This document shows positions 20,542-30,985 of a stretch of DNA of 64,000 nucleotides, one piece after another. The DNA lies in contig JAXHMG010000003.1 in the NCBI GenBank assembly GCA_034521595.1, forward strand, positions 1,184,001-1,248,000. Reading direction: 5' to 3'. Under the pieces are notes generated by a model. The model did no database searches, was not told where the DNA came from, and saw only the letters and a program-made list of their open reading frames with translations. This DNA is from Gemmatimonadota bacterium (GTDB taxonomy: Bacteria > Gemmatimonadota > Gemmatimonadetes > Longimicrobiales > Gaopeijiaceae). Within the stretch, counting starts at the first letter, position 1, and each line of letters opens with the position of its first letter. A program made the position numbers and the translations under genes.

Positions 20542-22755
20542 ATGCCCGACCAACGATCGTTCGCTCCACTCGCTCTCGCCGCGCTCGCGCTTCTGTCCGT
20601 TGTTGCCCCGACATCCGCCCAGCAGCAGACGGGACTCGTGGTTCCGGTGGGCGAGGCCCCCGTCGTCGACGGGATGCCCGATGAGCCCATATGGCAAGAC
20701 GCCCCACCGCTCACGGACTTCACCCAGCGGGTTCCGCGAGACGGCGATCCGGCGACCGAGCGAACGGAAGTCCGCATCCTCCAGGACGAGGACGCGCTCT
20801 ACGTGGGCGCATGGCTCTTCGACTCGGCGCCTCTGGAGATCACGGCGGGCGAGCGGGTCCGGGACTACAACCTCGAGCAGAGTGATGCCATCGTCCTCAT
20901 TCTCGACACCTTCCGTGACGAGCAGAACGCCTTCGTATTCGGGACGAACCCGGCCGGCATCGAATACGACGGCCAGGTCGCGAACTCCGGCCAGGGCGGC
21001 GGCGGGTTCGGGGGCGGAACACGACGTCAACAGAGCGGCTCCGGGGGTGGGTTCAACCTCAACTGGGATTCGAGCTGGGACGTCGCGACCTCCCGCGACG
21101 CCGACGGCTGGTACGCTGAGTTCCGCATCCCCTTCTCGACCCTCCGCTATGCCTCGGGTCCCGAGCAGGTCTGGGGCCTGAACATCGTTCGTCGTGTCCG
21201 TCGCCTGAACGAACAGTCGTTCTGGTCGCCCGTGCCTCGGGAGTTCGACCAGTACCGCTTGACCTCTGCCGGTGCGCTCGAGGGATTGGAGCCCCCCGTC
21301 CAACGCCTCGTCCAGGTCACACCATACGCCCTGCAGCGTGCAGATCGCGACTACCAGGCCGGTGCCGAATCTTTCGACCATGCGACCGAGGTCGGCGGGG
21401 ACGCCAAAGTCCAGGTAACACAGGGGCTCACCCTCGATCTGACCGTGAACACGGATTTCGCCCAGGTCGAAGTGGACGAGGTCCAGACCAATCTGAGCCG
21501 GTTCGACATTTCGTTCCCGGAGAAACGTCCGTTCTTCCTCGAGAACGCCGGACGATTCTCGGTGGGCTCGGGCGGTGCGGAGCTCTTCTTCAGCCGCAAC
21601 ATCGGCATCTCCGACCAAGGTCCGGTTCCGATCCTCGGTGGAGGGCGACTCTCCGGGCGCGCCGCCGGCCTCAACGTCGGACTCCTCCACATCGTCACGG
21701 ACGAGCTGGACGGCATCCAGCCGCAAAACCAATACTCCGTCATGCGTTTGGCGCGAGAGCTCCCGAACCGGTCCCGCATCGGTGGCGCGTTCATGCGGCG
21801 GGCTTCGGACGTGACGAACGACTGGAATCACACGTATGCGCTGGACGGTCAGGTCGGCTTGGGCGAATCCATCTCGCTCAGCTCGTTTCTGGCCCGGACC
21901 GAGACCCCGGGCCTGGACGGGCGGGACCACGCGTTCGATGCGCAGGGCGGGTACACGACGCGATCGTTTCGGGCCACGCTCAGCTACCGCGAGGTCGGTG
22001 AGGACTTCAATCCCGAGCTCGGCTTCCTCCCGCGGGACGGATACCGGTACGGCCAAGCATTCGCGATGACCTACATCCGCCCCGAGCAGTTCCTGGGAAT
22101 CCGGGAGATCCGACCGCACGCCTCGTACTTCGAGTACCGCAACATCGGCACCGACTTCGTCCAATCCGCCCGGCTCCACGTCGACACGCACTTCGAGTGG
22201 CAGGACGGGATGGAGCTCCATCCCGCCTTCAACTGGGTGAAGGAAGGCATTGAGGAGCCCTTCGAGATCTCTCCGGGTGTTGTGGTTCCCGAAGGCACGT
22301 ACGACGGTTGGGAAGCCGGGTGGGTCTTCTACACGGACGAGAGCTCGATCTTCTCGTTCAATGGCGGGGTCAACGCGGGTGCCTTCCTCTCCGGGAGCCG
22401 GATCAACCCCTATGCCACGGTCACGGTGCGCCCGAGCTCGGCGTTCAGCAGCTCGATCCGGCTCGACCGCAACGATGTCGACCTCGATCAGGGGTCGTTC
22501 GAAACCAACGTGCTCGGCCTACGCCTTTCGTACTTCATCACCCCCGAGCTCAGCATCCAGTCGCTCACACAATACACGGATCGGGCGGACGTGTGGTCGA
22601 CCAATGTGCGCCTGGGATGGCTGGACGACGCCGGATCCGGCCTGTTCGTGGTGTTCAACCAGGCGAACGGGTTCGACACGCTCGCCCGTGACACGCCCCT
22701 GCGCCGCTCGTTCGTCGTCAAGTACAGCAAGCTGTTCAACGTGGCGCAGTGGTAG
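20542..22755 (+). CDS. CBM9-like + DUF5916 outer-membrane/secreted protein
   Basis: Signal peptide; DG-PDE-W, WYAEFRIPFSTLRY, LTLDLTVNTDFAQVEVD, FPEKRPFFLEN, LFFSRNIG; barrel-like C-terminus. Confidence 0.8.
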   Translation: MPDQRSFAPLALAALALLSVVAPTSAQQQTGLVVPVGEAPVVDGMPDEPIWQDAPPLTDFTQRVPRDGDPATERTEVRILQDEDALYVGAWLFDSAPLEITAGERVRDYNLEQSDAIVLILDTFRDEQNAFVFGTNPAGIEYDGQVANSGQGGGGFGGGTRRQQSGSGGGFNLNWDSSWDVATSRDADGWYAEFRIPFSTLRYASGPEQVWGLNIVRRVRRLNEQSFWSPVPREFDQYRLTSAGALEGLEPPVQRLVQVTPYALQRADRDYQAGAESFDHATEVGGDAKVQVTQGLTLDLTVNTDFAQVEVDEVQTNLSRFDISFPEKRPFFLENAGRFSVGSGGAELFFSRNIGISDQGPVPILGGGRLSGRAAGLNVGLLHIVTDELDGIQPQNQYSVMRLARELPNRSRIGGAFMRRASDVTNDWNHTYALDGQVGLGESISLSSFLARTETPGLDGRDHAFDAQGGYTTRSFRATLSYREVGEDFNPELGFLPRDGYRYGQAFAMTYIRPEQFLGIREIRPHASYFEYRNIGTDFVQSARLHVDTHFEWQDGMELHPAFNWVKEGIEEPFEISPGVVVPEGTYDGWEAGWVFYTDESSIFSFNGGVNAGAFLSGSRINPYATVTVRPSSAFSSSIRLDRNDVDLDQGSFETNVLGLRLSYFITPELSIQSLTQYTDRADVWSTNVRLGWLDDAGSGLFVVFNQANGFDTLARDTPLRRSFVVKYSKLFNVAQW

Positions 22756-22768
22756 CACAGCGTTGCGT

Positions 22769-23035
22769 CTATCGGACCGTGTATACGTCCCCGTTCTCAG
22801 CGATCTTCACGTCCTCGTAAGGCGCGGCAACGCGCCGGTAAAGCTCCAGCTTCGCGCACTCGAGAACGCCGATCGCTTCGTTGAGATGGGCATATCGGAG
22901 CCGCTCGTCCGTCCCCGCCACGGTCGTCAGATACGCGTCGACCAGCCGAGTCACGGCATAGTTGAGCTCACCGGCATTTCGAGGCGCTTCACCGCTGTTT
23001 AGACGATCGCGCGCTTCACGGCTCACATAGGGCAT
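22769..23035 (-). CDS. Small conserved protein resembling DUF6899
   Basis: MPY...[10 protein letters not shown]...[32 protein letters not shown] pattern. The family assignment is from memory. Confidence 0.65.
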   Translation of the reverse strand: MPYVSREARDRLNSGEAPRNAGELNYAVTRLVDAYLTTVAGTDERLRYAHLNEAIGVLECAKLELYRRVAAPYEDVKIAENGDVYTVR

Positions 23036-23093
23036 GACAGGTCTCCAGATAGGTATGGAGGACGGACGGGTGCGCCGCTCCTCAGCGTCCGAA

Positions 23094-23285
23094 TCAGGAA
23101 TCCTTCGGAGGAAGCTTCGACCCCCGTCCCGTCAGATCGTCCACCGTAGCCTTGAGCTTGTCACGCGCTACCTTCCGGACGGCCTTGGCACCGAAGTAGG
23201 CCACCGTCAGGAACAGGTACGCGCTGAGGTTCATCGTCACCAGGGCGAGCAGCAACCCGACCAGCCACGCGATGAGCTTCAGCAA
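23094..23285 (-). CDS. 63-aa small membrane protein
   Basis: Hydrophobic N-terminal half and basic tail; GAAGGGAG upstream of the TTG start. Confidence 0.5.
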   Translation of the reverse strand: MLKLIAWLVGLLLALVTMNLSAYLFLTVAYFGAKAVRKVARDKLKATVDDLTGRGSKLPPKDS

Positions 23286-23317
23286 TGCCGTGCTCCCTTC
23301 GAAGATTCGCCTTCAAG

Positions 23318-23391
<74 letters not shown>

Positions 23392-23488
23392 GGTGGAGCC
23401 GTGCGCGAGAACACCACACGGTCCGGGAAGCAACCTAACGTCGAGCCTCGCCGGCCTCTAGGGACCGGGCCATATCGGGTCGCGCCCG

Positions 23489-23977
23489 CTACTCGGCATG
23501 CTCTTCCGCTCGGCGGCCGGCCAGGTATCCCACGCAATAGGCGCGGAGTGTCGCCTCGAAGCGAGTCATGTCGGGGGTGGCCTTGAGCCCGGCCTCTCCT
23601 CGATGCCGTAGTGCTTCGGCCAGCTTCGATACTGCGTTGCTGAGCTCGATCACATATGGATCGCCCCCCGAAGCCAGCTCCTCCGCTTGGAGGTGAGGGT
23701 CGTCTCCGATGCCCGTGACCGTGCCCTTCTCCACCGCCTGCCTCCGCGTCGGCAGGGGCTCGTCCGGTGAGATCAGATGAAAGCTCCCGTCCGAGGAGCG
23801 CCCCGGTCTCTCGGGCGAGCTCCACGCCTCATCGTTCGAGCTGTCGGGACCCGGCGCCCCTCGGCCATCGGCGGGTCGCGATCCGTCACGCTCGGGGGCG
23901 CCGGCGGCGTGTTGTCGTCGTTCTCCCGGAGGGAAGGCGGGCGGCGGTAGCCGGGTCGGGTTCCTGTCCTCGCTCAT
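23489..23977 (-). CDS. Hypothetical protein (disordered N-half, helical C-terminal domain)
   Basis: ATG at 23977; co-oriented and downstream of the yqaA-like gene; C-terminus FEATLRAYCVGYLAG. Confidence 0.6.
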   Translation of the reverse strand: MSEDRNPTRLPPPAFPPGERRQHAAGAPERDGSRPADGRGAPGPDSSNDEAWSSPERPGRSSDGSFHLISPDEPLPTRRQAVEKGTVTGIGDDPHLQAEELASGGDPYVIELSNAVSKLAEALRHRGEAGLKATPDMTRFEATLRAYCVGYLAGRRAEEHAE

Positions 23978-24122
23978 CGTTGATGGCTCCGTGGAAGGTC
24001 CGGGAGAACGACGGGTGCGCGCCGGGATAGCTGCAATATACGGGCCGGGCGTCGAGCTGGCCAAAGCGTTCCCGGACCCTCCGGTCCCCGGGGCGCACTG
24101 CCGTTCGCACCCGACCGCCGGG

Positions 24123-24728
24123 TCACAACACGAACTCGATCACCACGAAGCCGGCCACCAGCAGGATTCCGAAAGCCCAGGCCAAGGCGTCGAAGTACCG
24201 ATCGATGAAGCGTGCGATGGGCGGTCCGAACCTGTAGATGAGCGCGGCCAGCACGAAGAAGCGGAGCCCCCGGCTGAGCACCGATGCGATCACGAAGATC
24301 GGGAAGTTGACCGCGAAAACACCCGCCGAGAGCGTGAAAACCTTGTACGGAATGGGTGTCAGGCCCGCGAGAAAAATGGCCCAGAAGTCGTACTGGTCGT
24401 ACAGAGTTTGGACCTGCGCGAACGCTTCGGGCGTCACGCCGGGCACGTAGGCATGGAACCACCCTTCCGCGACGTGCCACAATCCCGCGCCCAACCCGTA
24501 GCCGATGATGCCCCCGACGACCGACGCGAGGGTCGCCGTCGCGGCGAACCGGAGCGATTTCCCCGCCGCGCCCATGCAGAGCGCGATGAGGAGCGGATCC
24601 GGCGGAATGGGAAAAAACGACGATTCCGCGAGGGCGAGCACGAAGAGCGCCGGCGGCCCGTACGGGGTCTCGGCCCAATGCAGGACCCAGTCGTAGAGGC
24701 GCCGCACCCAGTGCGGCCGGCCGGTCAC
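24123..24728 (-). CDS. YqaA/DedA-family membrane protein
   Basis: RRLYDWVLHWA, AESSFFPIPPD, GLTPIPYKVFT, SRGLRFF. GTG start overlaps the pcm stop. Confidence 0.9.
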   Translation of the reverse strand: MTGRPHWVRRLYDWVLHWAETPYGPPALFVLALAESSFFPIPPDPLLIALCMGAAGKSLRFAATATLASVVGGIIGYGLGAGLWHVAEGWFHAYVPGVTPEAFAQVQTLYDQYDFWAIFLAGLTPIPYKVFTLSAGVFAVNFPIFVIASVLSRGLRFFVLAALIYRFGPPIARFIDRYFDALAWAFGILLVAGFVVIEFVL

Positions 24729-25402
24729 TCCCCTGCCTCGCTCTTCCAGGCGAAGCGGCCGAGCAACGGCACGAAGGTGCATTGCCCCCGCACGACTTCC
24801 TCGGTGACGCTTGAGCCATGCTTGCGCACCAGCACCAGCTCCTGCGATTCACGGGATCCCACGGGAATCAACATCCTTCCGCCTTCCGAGAGTTGGTCCA
24901 CGAGCGTCGACGGCACCGAAGGGGACGCGGCGGAGACGACGATCAGGTCGAACGGTTGGTATTTGCGCCAACCGATCGTTCCGTCGCCCACGAGAAGCGC
25001 GACGTTCTTGAGCTCGAGCTGGTCGAGCGCGCGGCGTGCGCGCCGGGAAAGGTCGCGTACCCGTTCCACCGAGTAGACCCGGTCCGCGGCACAGGCCAGA
25101 AGCGCGGTGAGGTAGCCGCTCCCCGTCCCGACCTCGAGCACCTTGTCATCCGAATCGGGCTCGAGCAACGAAAGGTAGTACGCCTGAAGCGACGGCTGCG
25201 AGGCCGTCTGGCCGAAGCCGATCGGAACGGGGACATCCTCGTACGCCCGTGGCCAGACCCCTTCCGGAAGGAAGAGGTGGCGTGGGACCCGATCGAAGAT
25301 CTCGAGAAGCTCGAGGTCGTCGATGCCCCGCTCCCGGATCTCTTCGATGAGCTTCCGCCGATATCCGACGAAACGGTTCTCGTCTAGAGGCTCATGTCCC
25401 AT
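24725..25402 (-). CDS. pcm: Protein-L-isoaspartate O-methyltransferase
   Basis: VPRHLF, PIGFGQTASQP, VLEVGTGSGY, GDGTIGW, FVPLLG. Confidence 0.95.
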   Translation of the reverse strand: MGHEPLDENRFVGYRRKLIEEIRERGIDDLELLEIFDRVPRHLFLPEGVWPRAYEDVPVPIGFGQTASQPSLQAYYLSLLEPDSDDKVLEVGTGSGYLTALLACAADRVYSVERVRDLSRRARRALDQLELKNVALLVGDGTIGWRKYQPFDLIVVSAASPSVPSTLVDQLSEGGRMLIPVGSRESQELVLVRKHGSSVTEEVVRGQCTFVPLLGRFAWKSEAGE

Positions 25403-26139
25403 GACCGAACCTCCTCGAGCAATCGATAGTTGGTGAGATCGAGGTGAAGCGGCGTCACGGAAACGTAGCCGTCCTCGACTGCCTGGAAATCGGAATCTTC
25501 TGCGCCCCGCCACTGCGCCTCCCCCCCTCCGATCCAGAAATACTCCTTCCCCTGTGGGTCGAGTGCCCTCGTGATGCTCTCGGAATACCTCCGCCGACCG
25601 AGCGACGTGACGCGAATGCCCTTGACCTCGTCCGGTGCCACCGCCGGAAGGTTCACGTTGAAGAGCGTATCCTCGGGAAACGGCCGGTCCCTGAGGATGC
25701 CCTCGAGGATCGCCCCGACCACGCCCTCCCAGCCTTCGAGCTCCTCGTAGCGATCGCCGCAGTACGAGACCGCGACCGACGGAATGCCGATGACGGTGGC
25801 TTCCATGGCGGCCGCGACCGTCCCCGAATAGAGGACGTCCTCACCCATGTTCGGGCCGTGGTTCACGCCGGATACGCAGATACCCGGCCTGCCGTCGAGA
25901 AGCTCGTTCACCCCGAGAATCACGCAATCGGTGGGGGTGCCGTCCACGACCCACGCTCCGTCCGCGCTACGCCGGGCACGCAGGGGATGGTGGAGGGTGA
26001 GCGAGTGGCTCGTCGCGCTCTGCTCCCGGTCGGGGGCCACGACGGTCACGGAACCCAGCGAGCGGGCAGCGGAGGCGAGCACTCGGATACCCGTCGCCAG
26101 GTACCCGTCGTCGTTGGTACAGAGAATGTTCATGGGCAC
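25384..26139 (-). CDS. surE: 5'/3'-nucleotidase SurE
   Basis: ILCTNDDG, VVAPDREQSATSHSLT, DGTPTDCV, SGVNHGPNMG, YSGTVAAAME. Confidence 0.97.
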   Translation of the reverse strand: MPMNILCTNDDGYLATGIRVLASAARSLGSVTVVAPDREQSATSHSLTLHHPLRARRSADGAWVVDGTPTDCVILGVNELLDGRPGICVSGVNHGPNMGEDVLYSGTVAAAMEATVIGIPSVAVSYCGDRYEELEGWEGVVGAILEGILRDRPFPEDTLFNVNLPAVAPDEVKGIRVTSLGRRRYSESITRALDPQGKEYFWIGGGEAQWRGAEDSDFQAVEDGYVSVTPLHLDLTNYRLLEEVRSWDMSL

Positions 26140-26169
26140 GGGGTACCGGTCCGAAGAAAGGGGGTTCCT

Positions 26170-26544
26170 TCAGTCTCCGGCGCGCGAAGCGTCGGGCGTG
26201 AGAATATCGCGGAGGGCCTCGAGCTCCTCCTTCATGCGCGCGAGGAACTCCGGGCCCAGAACCTCCGTGCCCCCTTCCTCGAGCGCTCCCTCTCGACGCA
26301 ACTCCGTGAGGCGTTGCTTGGCCCCTTCGATGGTGTACTTCTCTTCGTACAGAAGGTGCTTCACCAGAAGCACGAGCTCGATATCCTTCGCCCGGTAGAC
26401 GCGGTTGCCCGCACGGTTCTTCGTCGGATTGAGGACGTCGAACTGAGATTCCCAGTAACGGAGCACGTGCGGCTTGAGGCCGCTCAGATCGCAGACCTCG
26501 CCGATCGAGTAGTAGACCTTGCGCGCGATGGGCTCATGGTTCAC
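26170..26544 (-). CDS. MerR-family transcriptional regulator
   Basis: YYSIGEVC...PHVLRYWESQF...GNRVY...YTIEGAK. Confidence 0.9.
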   Translation of the reverse strand: MNHEPIARKVYYSIGEVCDLSGLKPHVLRYWESQFDVLNPTKNRAGNRVYRAKDIELVLLVKHLLYEEKYTIEGAKQRLTELRREGALEEGGTEVLGPEFLARMKEELEALRDILTPDASRAGD

Positions 26545-27557
26545 GACCAGTCCTCCGGCTTCGGATCTCTGTGCATGAGAGCGGAAAGGGCCGCCGCCGG
26601 GTCACGGCCGTCGTGGACGATCGCGTACACCTCCTCGGTGATAGGCATCTCCACACCATGGCGCCGGGCCAGAGCGAAGACCGCCTCCGACGTTCGCACG
26701 CCCTCGGCGACCGAGCTCATGTCCTGAAGGATGTCCTCCAGCCGCTCTCCCCGGCCCAAACGATACCCCACGGTACGGTTCCGGCTCAACGACCCCGTGC
26801 AAGTGAGCACCAGGTCGCCCATGCCCGCGAGCCCGGAGAAGGTTTCGCGCCGCGCGCCCATGGCGAGCCCGAGGCGAGTGATCTCCGCGAGCCCTCGAGT
26901 CATCAGGGCCGCGCTCGTATTGTGCCCGAACCCGAGACCGGCCGCGACCCCGGCCGCCAGCGCAATGACGTTCTTGACCGCGCCGCCGAGCTCCACACCG
27001 ACGACGTCGGTATTCGTGTAGACCCGGAAGTAGGGTGTCTGAAACGCGTGCTGCACCGTCACCGCGGCTTCCTCCGAGCGGCCAGCCACGACCACCGCTG
27101 TCGGCATCTCCCGAGCGACCTCCCCCGCGAAGCTCGGCCCCGAGAGCACGGTGAACCGGTCCATGAGGGGCGCCGGAAGGATTTCGGTCAACACCTCGTC
27201 CATGCGCCGGAGCGTGCCGAGCTCGATTCCCTTCGAAGCGCTGACGAGGGTGGCGTCCTCCGAGATGGCCGGTGCGGCTCGCGTCATGACGTCACGCACG
27301 AACTGGGACGGTGATACGGATACGACGAGGGCGGCACCGGCCACCGCGTGTTCGGGATCGGTCGAAACGTGGACGGTTTCCGGCACGACCACGTCCGGAA
27401 GGTACGGGGTGCGCCGCTCAGCCGTGATCCCCCGGGCCACGTCCGGATCGTGAGACCACAGGGTCACCACGTGGCCCTTACGCGCGAGTAACACACCCAG
27501 CGCGGTACCCCAGGAGCCGGCACCCATGACGGCGACGTTCACCGGTTCGACGCTCAC
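26541..27557 (-). CDS. gpsA: NAD(P)H-dependent glycerol-3-phosphate dehydrogenase
   Basis: GAGSWGTAL, SKGIE, SGPSFA, GGAVKNVIA, GDLVLTC, SRN. Confidence 0.97.
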   Translation of the reverse strand: MSVEPVNVAVMGAGSWGTALGVLLARKGHVVTLWSHDPDVARGITAERRTPYLPDVVVPETVHVSTDPEHAVAGAALVVSVSPSQFVRDVMTRAAPAISEDATLVSASKGIELGTLRRMDEVLTEILPAPLMDRFTVLSGPSFAGEVAREMPTAVVVAGRSEEAAVTVQHAFQTPYFRVYTNTDVVGVELGGAVKNVIALAAGVAAGLGFGHNTSAALMTRGLAEITRLGLAMGARRETFSGLAGMGDLVLTCTGSLSRNRTVGYRLGRGERLEDILQDMSSVAEGVRTSEAVFALARRHGVEMPITEEVYAIVHDGRDPAAALSALMHRDPKPEDWS

Positions 27558-28192
27558 TCCGAACTCCCCTCCGAAGCCGTTTCGTCCACCTCCCGATTCC
27601 TACCGCGCCCGATACGGTTTTCCTCGCCGCGCAGGAGTCGGACCACGTTGGCGCGATGAGCCCACACCACGAACGCCCCCAGGACCACCGCGAAGACCGT
27701 CAAAGCCCAGCCACCCCGATGCGGCGTCAGGGCGATCAGAACCGGCAGGGCGACCGCGGAGGCGATCGAGCCGAGCGACACGTACCCCGTCGACACGGTC
27801 AGGGCACACCAGATGACGAACGCTCCGAGGACGGCCCAGGGCGCAAGTCCCAGGAAGACCCCACCACTCGTCGCGACCCCCTTCCCTCCCTTGAAGCCGA
27901 CCCAGAAGCTGAAGACGTGTCCGAGTATGGCCGCGGCCCCGAACGCCAACGTCCATCCGAAGCTCGCCCCCGCAACGCCGGCGAGCACCCCCACCGGGAT
28001 CCAGCCCTTGGCCACGTCCAGGAGCACGACAGGGACGGCCGATCGCCAGCCCAACACCCGGTAGACGTTCGTGGCGCCGAGGTTGCCCGACCCTTCCAGA
28101 CGCAAGTCGATTCCGTGAAACAACTTGCCCACCCAGAAGCTGGTGGGGATCGCACCCACGACGTACGACAGGGCCAGGAAACCCGGGATCAC
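27554..28192 (-). CDS. plsY: Glycerol-3-phosphate acyltransferase PlsY
   Basis: GSGNLGATNVYR, DVAKG, GH...FKGGKGVAT, HRANV-RL--G-E. Confidence 0.96.
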   Translation of the reverse strand: MIPGFLALSYVVGAIPTSFWVGKLFHGIDLRLEGSGNLGATNVYRVLGWRSAVPVVLLDVAKGWIPVGVLAGVAGASFGWTLAFGAAAILGHVFSFWVGFKGGKGVATSGGVFLGLAPWAVLGAFVIWCALTVSTGYVSLGSIASAVALPVLIALTPHRGGWALTVFAVVLGAFVVWAHRANVVRLLRGEENRIGRGRNREVDETASEGSSE

Positions 28193-29520
28193 GGAGCGTC
28201 CTTGCTGCTACGCATCTTCAGACGGATCGGGGAGCCCATGAACGTCCAGGCTTCCCTGAATCCGTTCTGCAGATAGCGCTGGTAGTGGGCCGGGACGGCC
28301 TTCGGGAAGTTCGCGAACAGAGCGAAGGTGGGAGGCGCCACGGAGACCTGGGTCCCGTACCGGAGCTTCACCCGATGTCCCCGATGATGCGGAGGCGGCT
28401 GGCGCCGCACCAGCTGCTGCAGCACTTCGTTGACCTCGTGGGTGGGCACTCGGGAGTACCGTTCGTCCTGCACCTGAAGGATCAGGTCGAGGCATTTTCG
28501 GACCCGTTGGCCGGTCAGAGCCGACACGAACACGGTGGGAGCCCAGTTGAGAAAAGGGACGCGTGCGCGCGCTCGTTGCATCCACGCCGTGGCCGTCATC
28601 GTGTCCTTGTCGACGAGATCCCACTTGTTCGCCAGGAGGATCACTCCTTTTCCGGCGTCCCAGGCCATTTGGACGATCCGGATGTCCTGGGCGTGCATCT
28701 CCTCCTCGCTCGCGTCGAGCAGAACCACGCAGACGTCGGAGTCGAGGACGACCCGTTCGGTCCTGAGCGCACTGTAATACTCGACGCTGTCGCTCACCCG
28801 GGATTGCCGGCGGAGTCCCGCCGTATCGACCAACACGAGCGAGCGGCCGTGGTACTGCAGGGGTGTGTCCACGGGATCCCGCGTGGTCCCCGCCCCTTCC
28901 GAGACCACGACGCGGTCCTGCGCGAGGAGTCGGTTCACGAAGCTCGACTTACCCACGTTGGGCTTGCCCACGACCGCGACGCGAATCTCTTCGGGCACGA
29001 GCGAGGCGTCCGGCGCGCCCGGCAGCGCCTCGAGGAGTCGGTCCAGCATGTCGCCCGATCCCCTTCCGGAGATGGCGCTTACGGGCAACGGATCACCCAT
29101 TCCCAGAGCCCAGAAATCCAAATAAGAGGGATCGTCCGGCAGGTTGTCCATCTTGTTGACGACGAGCAGAACCGGCTTGTCCGCCTTCCGCAACACGTCC
29201 GCCAGATGCTCGTCCAGAGCGTGCACCCCTTCCTTTCCGTCGACGAGGAACAGAATGGCGTCCGCTTCTTCAATGGCCGCGTGGGCCTGTCCGCGGATCG
29301 CACGATCCATCTGATCGTCGCTGCCTTCGATCACCCCGCCGGTGTCGACGACGAAGAAGTGGCGTCCCGCCCAATCAGCCCGGGCGAAGTTCCGGTCACG
29401 CGTCACCCCGGGCCGATCGTCCACGATCGCCTTGCGCCGGCCGAGAACCCGGTTGAAGAAGGTGGACTTGCCCACGTTCGGCCGCCCCACGACGGCCACG
29501 ACGGGTAGGCGAGCCGTCAC
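28189..29520 (-). CDS. der: Ribosome biogenesis GTPase Der
   Basis: Tandem G domains (GRPNVGKS and GKPNVGKS), GVTRDR, DTAG, NKWD. Confidence 0.98.
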   Translation of the reverse strand: MTARLPVVAVVGRPNVGKSTFFNRVLGRRKAIVDDRPGVTRDRNFARADWAGRHFFVVDTGGVIEGSDDQMDRAIRGQAHAAIEEADAILFLVDGKEGVHALDEHLADVLRKADKPVLLVVNKMDNLPDDPSYLDFWALGMGDPLPVSAISGRGSGDMLDRLLEALPGAPDASLVPEEIRVAVVGKPNVGKSSFVNRLLAQDRVVVSEGAGTTRDPVDTPLQYHGRSLVLVDTAGLRRQSRVSDSVEYYSALRTERVVLDSDVCVVLLDASEEEMHAQDIRIVQMAWDAGKGVILLANKWDLVDKDTMTATAWMQRARARVPFLNWAPTVFVSALTGQRVRKCLDLILQVQDERYSRVPTHEVNEVLQQLVRRQPPPHHRGHRVKLRYGTQVSVAPPTFALFANFPKAVPAHYQRYLQNGFREAWTFMGSPIRLKMRSSKDAP

Positions 29521-30788
29521 GCGCCCACCAGAGCGTCGACGAGATCGTGTCCGGTACGAACCTCCACGCCCTGAAGTCGGTCCATGAAGGACCCGAGCGA
29601 CAGATCGTCGATGAAACGCTCTTCGCCGTTCAAGGTTTCAGCCGGGAGAACGACGAGATCTTCCGCCCTCGCCTCCCCCAGAGCCGACAGGATATCCCGG
29701 CCACCGAGGAGTCCGGCGATGGTGACCGTCTCACCGAAATATTGGTTGACGACTTCCAGGATATCCACTTCGGCCCCCGTGACCTTTGCCAGGCGGGCGG
29801 CGCGCGCACGTAGGAAGGGGGCCATCGAGCGGCCCGTGACCAGACGAAGGCGGCGCCCCTCCAGGCGCGGCAACCGATCGGCCTTGCCGTCGAACTCGTC
29901 CACGAAGTGGCGGACCGCGCCGACGCCGTTCTCGTGCAGCGCTCCCTCACCGTAGTACGAACGGTCGGGGATGGTGGCTCCCGCGATGAGATACATCTCG
30001 TCGGCGGCGTAACACCAACCTTCGCCCCGCTCGCGGAGGGCCCGCTCGCGCGCACGGTCGACCTGCGCGATCGCCCTGCCGGCCTCGCGGGGGTCGAGAG
30101 GGCGCACCGGACGGTCGATGTTGTATTTCGTGAGCCCGACGGGAACGACCGACAGGGAGCGCACGGCCGGACCGAGCCCCCACAGGTCCTCGATGGTGCG
30201 GTCTAGATGCTCCCCGTCGTTCCACTCGGGGCAAAGAACCACCTGCGTGTGCACCTCGAGTCCGCCCTCGATGAGCTCGTTCAGGTGCTCCATGATCATG
30301 CCGGCCCGTTCGTTCACCACGAGCCGCCGACGCACCTCGGGCTCCGTGGCGTGCACGCTCACGTAGAGGGGCGAGAGCCGTTGATCCACCAGTCGCTGGA
30401 GTCCCTTCGGACCCAAGTTCGTCAGCGTGACATAACTCCCGTAGGTGAACGACAGGCGAAAGTCGTCGTCCCGCAGCCACAGCGTGTCGCGGGCGCCTTC
30501 CGGATTGCCGTCGATGAAGCAGAACACGCACTTGTTGGCGCATTCCCGGATCGTGTCCGGCGCCGGTTGAATGCCCACCGGTGTTCCGGGATCACGCTCG
30601 ATGTCGTACACGACCTCCTCGCCGTCGGGACTCACGGTCTCCAACTCGATGTCCGTGTCCGCGAGAAGAAAGGTGAGGTCGATGCCGTCGCGGACGCGCG
30701 CTCCGTTGATACGGACCACGCGCGTGCCGATCTCGAGATTCAACTCTTCGGCGATGCTACCGGTTTCGATCTCGGCGATGCGAACCAA
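29517..30788 (-). CDS. PDZ + radical-SAM-like DUF512 protein
   Basis: N-terminal PDZ-like segment, CANKCVFCF, DDDFRLSF-YG-YVTLTN, SVHAT, VPVGLTK. Confidence 0.88.
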   Translation of the reverse strand: MVRIAEIETGSIAEELNLEIGTRVVRINGARVRDGIDLTFLLADTDIELETVSPDGEEVVYDIERDPGTPVGIQPAPDTIRECANKCVFCFIDGNPEGARDTLWLRDDDFRLSFTYGSYVTLTNLGPKGLQRLVDQRLSPLYVSVHATEPEVRRRLVVNERAGMIMEHLNELIEGGLEVHTQVVLCPEWNDGEHLDRTIEDLWGLGPAVRSLSVVPVGLTKYNIDRPVRPLDPREAGRAIAQVDRARERALRERGEGWCYAADEMYLIAGATIPDRSYYGEGALHENGVGAVRHFVDEFDGKADRLPRLEGRRLRLVTGRSMAPFLRARAARLAKVTGAEVDILEVVNQYFGETVTIAGLLGGRDILSALGEARAEDLVVLPAETLNGEERFIDDLSLGSFMDRLQGVEVRTGHDLVDALVGA

Positions 30789-30827
30789 TTGGGCGCCTGG
30801 ATCTTCGGGGAAAAAAGATAGATGTTA

Positions 30828-30856
30828 AAGCTAACGGCCCCCGGGGCGGCCTTCAA
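30828..30856 (-). promoter_or_regulatory. sigma70-type promoter of the DUF512-der operon
   Basis: TTGAAG-N17-TAGCTT on the minus strand. Confidence 0.55.
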
Positions 30857-30985
30857 TTCGGGACGACCGACCTGTATTGACCGATCCCTGAGGGCTATCT
30901 CAGCTTTCCGGTTGGGAACATTTTCGTCGGAATTGCCTTCTACTGGCACAGCGTCGCCAGCTCAAGCCGGTCGAGATTGCCCCCC

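Noticed and set aside
30944..30958. TGGCAC sigma-54-like element upstream of the M23 gene
   Set aside because: The spacing is GG-N9-GC; it is better explained as a short inverted repeat.
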